Part shown: in pieces, positions 54,431 to 64,000 of the stretch | How positions within the stretch are numbered: position 1 is the stretch's first letter | Layout: the number at the start of each line of letters is the position of its first letter | DNA from: Octopus sinensis | Taxonomy: Eukaryota | DNA: 64,000 nt | Reading direction: 5' to 3' | Assembly (NCBI RefSeq): GCF_006345805.1 | Contig: NC_043015.1 | Span: 25,792,001 to 25,856,000 of the forward strand | Notes under the pieces: model-generated | Seen by the model: the letters and a program-made list of their open reading frames with translations, nothing else | The model's database searches: none | What the model was told of the DNA's origin: nothing | Program-made: the position numbers and the translations under genes

Positions 54431-56449
54431 AGTGTCTATCGATATATATATATGATATACATAGCACAGGCACACGCACACAAACACATACATACATGCT
54501 CCCTCATATTCAGGTATATAGAAATGCACAAAAACCATCCGGGCTCTATATCTCTCCTGGTATATATTAAACGCGGAATATGTACTTTATTTTATCTTCT
54601 CTGAAATATTTATGTGAGCAAAAGTGAAAGTTGCGATTCCACTATTAGTGAAGATGTCTCCCAAAGACTTTTTGATCGTTATTCCCAAGCAAGCATGAAA
54701 ATAGTTTAGTCCGGAATCAAGGCTTAATTTCTTATGAAGATGAAATTTCTGTTTTGTGTGGAGTTTTGCATCATCAGATTTCACTATTAATGTAGCTTTT
54801 ATGTATTACACACACATACGTATGGCTGTCTAAGATTCTGTCAGAAAACACAGGCACACATATTCTTGTCAACTGAGTGAGTATGTTAATATTTATACAA
54901 TACATTATAAATTTGGGTGTAGGTAAATAATACGTTTTCATCATGTTTCACGCGTAGTTTTGCTTTCCGGGATACGGAATAACCGAAACATTAATTAAAA
55001 CTAATCATTAACCAGAGCTCAATGTGCAAGACACAATCATAAATCGGTAGAAATATTATATTGAAACAATTGTAAAATCTCGTTGTGTATGAAAAGAGAA
55101 TGCCAAACATGCTTGTGATTCGATAAACTAATATAATTTAGAAATTCAGTTGGAATCATGAATGCTGTTGCGATAATACTTACAATGCTCATACGAGTAC
55201 CACAATTCCTTGTCGATTGATCATGCGTCAGCAACAAGAAGTCATTGCAGCCCATTATAAAAGAAAACTGAAAACTAAATCACGCATGAACATAACAAAT
55301 GATATCAAAATTTTGTTTGGATAGGTGGAAGCTCGATTGCCGATATGAATCCGCATTTTTACGCATGATGTCAAACTTTATGAGATCTACATTTAAATTT
55401 GCTTACAAAAGTACAAATATATCTTTTACATTTTTGTTCAGAAGGAGTTTCCAAAGACATTTGTGCTTTATAAAAACACCAAGTTCATCGATACATGTCA
55501 TAGATGGCTCGTGAGACACAGTATTTGAAATTCATTTAATCTCCTTAGTGACACACACCCACTTCACTGGATATTCTAAGCTATATAAGAACTATAAATA
55601 TACACATCATGCTGTTTCTAGTGAGTCCATTGATTTCATACAAACCGAATCATTTTTAGCTCAAATCAGTGCCTTCCTGTTTTTCCCTTTTCGATTTTTA
55701 TAAAACAAAGAATGTTATTCACCTTGGTTCAGAACTTCTGGGCGTGTTCCTCCCTGCGGAGATCAGGTGAAGTCAAAGCACGGTATCTAGTGATCTAATC
55801 ACAACATTCTAAGTGACCTCTGTGTCATTCGAACACATACGTCGCTTTGTGTAGTTTCTCTAGTAATGTTCTGCATTTGTTTATGCCTTATAAATATTAT
55901 ACACACCATTATTTTATTTAAACGAGTTCATTCATTTAACATTTTTTCTCATGAGGTATGAGTCCAGTAGGACTCCAGTGGGAAATATCTTTGTGTCACG
56001 TGTGTGACATACTAAGTCAGTGGCTCAGTCTACTAGAAATAGCAGTCGCATTTCACTTAAATCCTATTATGTCATGTTATATCACGGACTTTTAAATTTT
56101 TAATGGAGATGTGAAGGCAACGTCGCAACATACAGTGATTTCGATACTACTTTTAGGCATGAAATTGCAGTTGCTTAGCACTGAATGGACAATAACCGAA
56201 TGCTGGTGCAGCTCTCTTTTCCTCCTGCACTTATATCTTCGAGGTGCTGCTGGGTCAAAGAGTGTCTGTATCTGCAGGCAGCTGCATAAGTATCTGAAAC
56301 AATTGTCAAAAGCACGGTTCGTTTTCAATCCATATACACCCACGGTTGACAGCTGGCTTTTATCACTTCGGTGTACCTCAGTTATTCGTAGTTAAAGGTT
56401 ACAATCCATCAGATATGTTATGGGTACATATTAAAATCAAAGAGCATAC

Positions 56450-57800
56450 ACCAAATTTTTCCATTTGCTACAAGTAGCAACCAAATACAACCACAAAAGA
56501 CAGTGATGAAATTTTGCATCGTCACTCAAACTGTTATAACTAGCAGTCAAACTAACCTTTTGAAACCGATCAGTAAGCATTTCTACGTGAATATTGCGCC
56601 CCTAAAATAGCAACAAGATCATTCTGATGAGCCAAAAAGGAACTAAATGAAACCCGTATCACTAACGTCTCAGGTATTCTTTATATTGTCGTTGACTAAC
56701 TAGACGTAACAGTGAAATCACCTTTACAAACCAGCAGGAGAGTGGTCGTTCGACAGGTAGAAACAAATAAAATCCTCATCATAAATCAATAAGCGCGCAT
56801 CTGCAATAACAAGAAATATCCTCCAAGATCATACACCATCTTCAGAAGGGAAGACAGGGTGGAAGCGTTTTCCCAAATTCCCTTAAGACGGGATTGTCAC
56901 AGGTTACTCAGAAATACCTTTCTCCTAAATTTGCCCTTGCTCTACTCAACTCAGGTGAACATGGAGTTATGCAATAACATATATATTATACATACATGCA
57001 TTTGGAACCATAAAACACATTTAGAGTATATTTCCATAAAAATGCTTAGTATTCGCAACTAGGATATGAGGTTATAAAGTGCAAATCGAATGTGTGAGTC
57101 AACATCTGAAACAGGATATATACGTTTTATATCGTAGCAGAAGGCTGGTACAAGATCTTCTGGAACTCTCTTCTGGCGAGATATAATGAATCCTCCCACA
57201 GCCAACAATCACATTAGTTAGAATATAAGGGAGCCGATATCTGAAGGTTTTGTCTGGTTTTACTCGGATTTAGTTTTTGTAGACAATGTAGAGTAATTCC
57301 ATGTTTCAGAGATAGCTCCGTTTGTTTTACTTTCATTAAGATTAGTAGCATGAATTATATTTCCCGACCTACAGGTGAAATGATTTCTATTGATAAAAGT
57401 TTATCATGATTTAAACTCACAGGATACGTCATCGATAAGAATAATTAAATTTTTGAGTTGCGATAATCATATTTTCTCTATTGGAAATTTGTTTAGGATA
57501 TAAGCTACTGGATACTTTGGCGCAACAACATTTTTTCTAAAGATTTTGCTTGTCTTTTACTTTTGATACTTTTGAACGTTTCCTATGTTTTTTTTTTAAT
57601 TCTTGTGTGTTGTATAAATAATGGAATATTCTAATGGAAGATGTTGCTCTTTCTGCATTTTTCAGTTGTGTATTGATATATAGATAGATTTCAAATGCCT
57701 AAGTATCTTTTGTCCTCTGTAATTCTTGAATGTCTGTTGATTTTACACGTTCTATTCCGTAATAAATAAACACTATTGGATACTGTTTCTCCTTTACTAT
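56450..57800 (-). mobile_element. Highly decayed Gypsy pol remnant (RT to integrase)
   Basis: Minus-strand echoes of PIV.V (RT start), DSL SR/EDLV (post-RNase H), GGYFL.I.D and VSDTG.F (integrase core); no open frame. Confidence 0.45.
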
Positions 57801-57889
57801 TCTCTATAATTTTTTTTAGTCTAAAAATATTTATTACTAAGGTCGACCAGAATCAGAGTAGGAGAACTAACGGAATTACGACAGTTGAC

Positions 57890-58046
57890 TGTTGTGTGGA
57901 CGCCCCCAAACGATGAAGTAGGCTAGCCCAATACGTAGATATAGTGGGAGAAGCCTAGATGTCAGAAGAGTTGAGCACAGTTGAGTAGCAGTCAGCAGAG
58001 TCGAGAGTAGAGAAGAGTTGAGTAGAAGGCATCCGAACATGCCTCA
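57890..58046 (+). mobile_element. Candidate LTR
   Basis: Starts tgttg, ends ctca 6 nt before the PBS; left boundary uncertain (similar sequence from about 57840). Confidence 0.4.
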
Positions 58047-58052
58047 TAAAAG

Positions 58053-58065
58053 TGGCGACGAGGAT
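58053..58065 (+). promoter_or_regulatory. Primer-binding site complementary to tRNA-Ser(GCT) 3' end
   Basis: TGGCGACGAGGAT is the reverse complement of ...AUCCUCGUCGCCA (metazoan tRNA-Ser GCU end, from recalled sequence). Confidence 0.6.
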
Positions 58066-58099
58066 TTCGTAGCTCACACAGCTACTGTGTAGTATTGCG

Positions 58100-59500
58100 A
58101 TATATCAAAGACAAAAAAAAACATAGAAAAAGATGTTAGCAATCAGAAATACCAAGGGATTGACGAACTTGAATGATTGCGAAACTCTGTGACTAATTGT
58201 ATGATTCTGATGTTAATCAAACTCTCGAAGATAAAGTTTTTAATACAAATTTAAGATCTCTTAAAGTTAAGAAAATTTACTCCACAATGTTTCGAGTTTC
58301 TGTAGATAAAATTATGCCTAACAGAATATTTGACATACAAAAGAGTGACATATCAATTGTACGAGTTAAATTTATTATAAACCAAGAAAACACAGAAACA
58401 AATTTTGTGATTTTGTAAACGCCTTTCTGTAATAAAATCTACGACATAAAGGTTTTAGACCATACGCTAATTAAAAGGAATTCTGACTTATCTAAGAACT
58501 TAAAAACAAATATCACTGATTAGAACATAGCTACTATTATAAAAAGATGAAAAAAGAATTACCAGTATAAAAAATATCAGGAAGAAATACATCGCTTCGA
58601 ATCAGGTACAACCGAGTAAGAGTAACACAGAAAGATAGTGTCTAAGACACTTTGATGCAAAATTAGAAACTTACACGAACTTCCTGTTATCCATGATGCT
58701 TGTGGTAACTCATCTTACGTGTGCATTAAACGATCACATGCTATTGATTTAAGATTAAGTGTAATTGTTTGGTGTTAATTGTAATTTATACAGACTCAGA
58801 AATATATTTATATATTGTATGGAAACCTATTCTTAAAGAAATAACATGTTCTGTAAGAGATAACATGCACCTATGAAACTATCCCTCGAAAGCTTTACGT
58901 GAAATCACCCTTATTGTATCATTTGATGTATGAAATCTTTGTACTACAATTTTATAAGAATATCGATTAGTAAAAATAGAACTGAGGGATGCCAATTTTT
59001 CTAATGAAATTTCCAAGTGTATAAAATGGTATAAAGATTCATAAGTGAAGGGGGAATCATATTACAAAATAATTATTCACAGATAAGTATCTTGAAATGC
59101 AATTAGAATAAAAATTGCCCTAACTTACGCTAATATAGTCAGACACTTTAGGGGTGGAATTATAAAATATTCCGCTATACAGATCGACATCAACATCCAC
59201 AGCTATATATATGGCAATGACAAATAGAACTTCAATGATTGCTTCAATTTTTAGATAAACAGAAGCAATCAACTCAATAAATTCTAAACTTTAATGAATA
59301 TTAATTAACAATATTGAATTCACAATGAAATATAACAAAAAACCTGCTACATTTTAATCGTTAAAAACGATAGGAACATTGCAATCAACAACCACATAAG
59401 CGACCACATATCAAAAGATACATCCACCGACATCTGTAAGACAGTCAACATTGCAATTGAGGAATACAAAGTCACGCATCTAAACTAACCATTCAAAATT
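58100..59500 (+). mobile_element. Highly decayed Gypsy internal region (protease-RT-RNase H echoes)
   Basis: ORF 58197..58418 (YDSDVN...) is protease-like; acagatcgacatc...gacaaatagaacttcaatg resembles TDH.PL...ANRLQRW; follows PBS. Confidence 0.4.
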
Positions 59501-60338
59501 CTACATTTTCTGAAGACTATATAAAATATCAACACATATATTAAATATTAATATAATCTATTTAAATCATGTTTTAAAATATAAAAATATTGATAAATTA
59601 ATAAGAGTATAAAATCACGTTAAAAAAATCTAAGTCATGTAAACAAAACTCGGTAAATTAATTTGAGAGGAATCCTAATTAGATATATAGAAAGATAGAA
59701 ATATTGCAATTATTAATTAGGAAAATAACTCAATTAGTTTAGAATGGCAACTTGACCTTTCTTATGAAGCAATACTGTGTATGTATGAAAGTTTCACATG
59801 CATATATGCATGAATGTGTATGTATGTATGTGTGTGTGTATGTACATATGTACGTATGTACATATGTATGTATGTACATATGTATGTATGCAAGTATGTA
59901 TCTATGTATATATTTATCTAAATATGAATGAATGGAAGCACACACGTACGGGTATGTGTGTACGCAAATATGAATTTATGAATGTACACATATATTTATA
60001 CATATATACGTAGTACGTATTTATGTCAGAAATGAGTGCATATATACATATATATGTATGTATAAACACACAAATATATATATATATATAGATAGCTACA
60101 TCCACATATATATAATATATATATATATATATTTATGTACGTATATATATATACATGTATATATATATATATATATACACACAAACATACATATATATAT
60201 ATATGAATCATGTGTGTGTGCGAGTGTACGCTTATATATACATTAATGTGGACGTGCATCCATAAATACATACACAGACAAATAATACATAGATACATAT
60301 AAATATATGTGTATATATATATATGTATATATATTTGC

Positions 60339-60391
<53 letters not shown>

Positions 60392-60419
60392 AATATATAT
60401 ATTTAGATTCATACATATA

Positions 60420-60460
60420 TACTTATATAGAGAATAACCATCATCATCATCATCATCATC

Positions 60461-60538
<78 letters not shown>

Positions 60539-60892
60539 TCTTTGACAATGAGAAAACATTAAACTTTGCCATTAAATCACTTGAGGATGCAAAAAGCCTT
60601 CAAGGTATTTCATTCATTTCTATTTTTTCTTTTCTTTTTGCTTCTTCAGCCCCACACCCAATAGAAAAATCATCTTGCCAAGGGTTTTGTTTTAGAGCAA
60701 GGCATAATATGTTTTCTTTATAGCCGTAATTAATTCTCTCCTATGCTGTATGGTGTGTTATATAATTATTGATTTCTCTATAAACATGTTATTTTCAGGT
60801 GTAAAAACGCTAATTGCATAATGAAATTATGTTTAATATCGTGAAATCACATGATGTACACACTTGGAATGAAGGGCCTTGAGCGAAATCTC

Positions 60893-60948
<56 letters not shown>

Positions 60949-60975
60949 CATCATCACCATCATCATCATCATTAA
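60420..60975. repeat. (CAT)n(TAT)n and (AAT)n(CAT)n tracts
   Basis: Direct reading at 60438-60537 and 60894-60973. Confidence 0.9.
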
Positions 60976-61286
60976 TTTTGTCTTTATCGATTGTAAAATA
61001 CGATTATATATTTTCTATTTTCTCACTTAATCTATTTCTATCATTGAAATATTTCTGTTTTCTTTGTTGTAATTCTTATCTTGTTGATTCACTAAAATGC
61101 TTTTTTTTTTCTGGACGTGGGAAAGGAAAGCTTCCCCTGTGGTAGACTGTTAAAGAGAGAGAGGGGGAGAAAGAGAGAGAGAAAGAAGGGGAGTATGGGT
61201 AAGGGAAAATTGGGTATGAGGGTAAAAGATGTGAGAATGACAGAGATGTGTTACAAACATAACACGGAAGATATACAATATGAAAG

Positions 61287-61318
<32 letters not shown>

Positions 61319-62034
61319 AAGAGAGAGAAAGAGTGTGTGTGTGTGTGTGAGTGAGACAATCACACAGACAAAGAGAGGATGCAAAACATGCGAGTGTGTG
61401 TGTTAGAAAGAGAAAGAAAGAGAGAGAAGTGTGACACAAACGAGACATTGTGTATATTGTGTATAGGCAGAGAGAGAAAGTGAGAGAGAATGAGAGAGAA
61501 TGAGAGAGAGGGAAAAAGAGGTACAAATAATTTGCTGTTTTGAACTAAAGGATGATTATATTTCAAGTATATTTAAATTCTGAACCGAAATAATCACTAC
61601 ATGCAACTAATTTTTTTTTTTAGATTGAATTTTTTTTTTCAAAAGTAATAATGAAGATGTTTGACTTAGCACCGATGAAATTAACTTTTATTGATTGAAG
61701 CCTTTTTTCTAAACGAATGGCTTTGACTAGGTGAATCAAGATTGTGAAAATGGTAGACAACGGAAAGAAGTGAGTCTAGGATATATTTAAATATTTCCTA
61801 TTTTGTACCGTGAAACAGTCATATTATACATTTTAAAATTCTAAAAAACAAAAAAGGGTTACATAGCGATTCACTTGTCGTATATTTATAGTACTGTCTA
61901 TTATGAAGTGCCGAAATAATTCATCGCAAAATTGCAACTTAGAGATTGAGACAATGCCACTATGTGATAGACACGAATGCTAAGAAATAAATGAAAGCAG
62001 AATCTAACTGAATATATGTTTCTTTCTTTCTTTT

Positions 62035-62370
62035 TTTACTCATTTCAGTTGTTTGACTGCCGCCATGCTGGGGCGACGCCTTCAAGAATTTTGGTCGAAC
62101 GAATCAACCCCAGTACTTATTTTATAAAGCCTATTATTTATTTATTGGTTACTTGTGCCTAACCACTAAGTTAAAGGAACGCAAACAAATGAACGGCGGA
62201 TACGAAGGGGTTGTGGGGAACAAATGCAAAAGCACACACACATATATACGACGGTATTCTTTTAGCTTTTCGTCTTATATATCACGAGGCTTTGGTCAAC
62301 CCGGGGCTATGGTAGAAGACACTTGCCCAAGGTGCCAAGCCGTGGGACTGAACCCGGGATCATGTAGTTA
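62035..62370 (-). mobile_element. tRNA-derived SINE
   Basis: gccatgctggggcgacgcc tail and agaagacacttgcccaaggtgcc...gggactgaacccggg head. Confidence 0.8.
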
Positions 62371-62384
62371 TGACTAAAGTGATT

Positions 62385-63034
62385 CCTCCAGGATGTAATT
62401 ACTGTAAAATTTTAGAGGAAAGTCTCATCATGTTTATCGAGTCACATTTATCTCGACATGTGATCAACAATATGGCCAACGGGTCTGCTAGAAAGAACAA
62501 CAAAATCTCTCCCAAATCCCTTTCTGTCATCTTAAATATAGGATTGATTGTATACTAAATTCCGGGTTACACTTTACTTGAAAATACGATGTGGCTGTAA
62601 TGACTTTGGTTAAAGGTTTGCTCTTCCAGAGGCCAAACAACACCAAAAACAGAAACGACGATAGACAGAACAGTAAAACGACGCAAAAAAAAAATCAACG
62701 ATTTAAAACATTGCAATCTTCTGCGGGGAAAGAACTGGGAATAATGTTTAGAGAGGGTCCAGTAAAAGGGTCACAAAATATAAGGGACTAGAACAAAGGA
62801 CATTGTAGAAGTTGTACAGGGTGCGACAACCCCGACCCACGATTCAGAAAGCTTGATAAACATTCCCGCAGCAAAGGCACAAATGTGGACCAATTCATAC
62901 CATGATTGTAGGTGAAAAAGAAAACAAAACAATAAAACAGTCCTTACACAAAAGCACCATTCCAATCTGCTCAACTTTACGAGCGACACACCAATATCCG
63001 TGTAAAACATAGGAAGTTTTTTGGTCACACTGTA
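62385..63034 (+). mobile_element. Tc1/mariner-like remnant with one terminus
   Basis: YCKILEESL..FI resembles the stretch before the Tc1 QQDNA motif; right end ...ttttttggtcacactg|TA reads TA|CAGTGTGACCAAAAAA on the minus strand. No left TIR found. Confidence 0.45.
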
Positions 63035-63199
63035 TAGAAAATCTAGAGATGTTATGCTTGAAGGTTAGAGGTTGGGGTGCGCTATGGAGTGATTTTATGC
63101 TAATTTATTGCCGGTTGATCTTATGCAAATAAGCTGATATCGATGTTAACAAATTCAGGAATTTTATTGTTCAGTGTCTGTTTATGGTCCATCTCTAAG

Positions 63200-63600
63200 C
63201 TATGATAACATTAATGAGATCAGAAAGTTTAATCATTGTCTCTCGACATTTTAGAAGCAACAGTTAAATCTTTCTCGATTCAACACTTTCGTTTTCACAA
63301 AAATAAGCAGAAAAGGAACATATTGGGTTTGATCCTAAATACATCATTTCTTAACTCAATAACTCTTCCTGGATCAGGCTTTACACGATCCGTGAATCTT
63401 CTGGAAATCACAATTAAATCTTCCTAAAATATTAGCGCCCTGATTCATTTTAGGATACGAAAGGTACAGAAAGAATATAATCTCAATAAAAGTATGGTGG
63501 TCCCGGATGGAATGCATGAGACAAATATAACTTCTCAATCGAGGTTGATTTGAAATTAAACATATCTAGCGTCAAAACAACATTTGGTCACTTTAAAAGT
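63200..63600 (-). mobile_element. Possible Gypsy RT/RNase H fragment
   Basis: Minus: G.VKPDPGRVIELRN resembles G..PDP.K..AI; weak. Confidence 0.3.
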
Positions 63601-64000
63601 CTTTCTTTTTTTTAATTCGATGGATGAATTTTGAAGCAGACAAAGGAGATATTTGAATTGTAAATCTCAAAACCGAGAAGGACAAAGATATCTGGTCTAA
63701 TGGATTTAGTTGGGTGCTCTACTATATCTTTATGACAATAATTAAATATTTGTTTACTCAAGCAGACTGCCGACTGTTAAAAGCGGAGAAGGGAAATATT
63801 TCACATTTAACGCTACAAAAATTCGATTTGCGTGCTGGTGATTATTATGTTGATTGGATTTACGAATGAATGCCATACGTGTAAGATTATTAAAGAATAA
63901 ATTTGGAGCAAGGGTCATTATGAAAATTCATCGTTGTTGATATCGAATTGTTAAGAATACGTCTTTTGTGATCGAGTGTAAGTATGATAGAAGGCGTTCT

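Overview
Eukaryotic, AT-rich, repeat-dominated DNA with no recognisable host protein-coding gene, rRNA, intact tRNA or CRISPR array. The SINE families and very high density of (TA)n/(TG)n/(TATG)n/(AAT)n tracts look like an octopus (coleoid cephalopod) intron or intergenic region; this is inference from recalled repeat families, not a database hit. Most supplied ORFs are microsatellite read-throughs. The real coding remnants are decayed transposons: Penelope-like elements (RT + GIY-YIG), a Tx1/L1-clade LINE, three R4/Dong-like REL-endonuclease LINE pieces, RTE pieces, a Helitron (PIF1 helicase), Gypsy pol remnants with a tRNA-Ser(GCT)-type PBS, a Tc1-like remnant, a hAT-type MITE and many tRNA-derived SINEs. 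Most notable: (1) an RTE copy with a twin-priming-type 5' inversion and visible microhomologies (32644-33745); (2) a ~440-bp non-tRNA, (AAT)n-tailed element in three copies, two of them forming a near-identical inverted pair around a Dong-like LINE, all anchored in TAA tracts (22783-26290); (3) several minimal hammerhead-ribozyme motifs with palindromic stem III in Penelope-type terminal repeats; (4) a Helitron whose two termini both appear present in (TA)n; (5) a 31-bp minisatellite and a 1.33-kb tandem duplication that may be an assembly artefact. Element boundaries were read by eye and are approximate to about 10-30 nt unless a motif is quoted.
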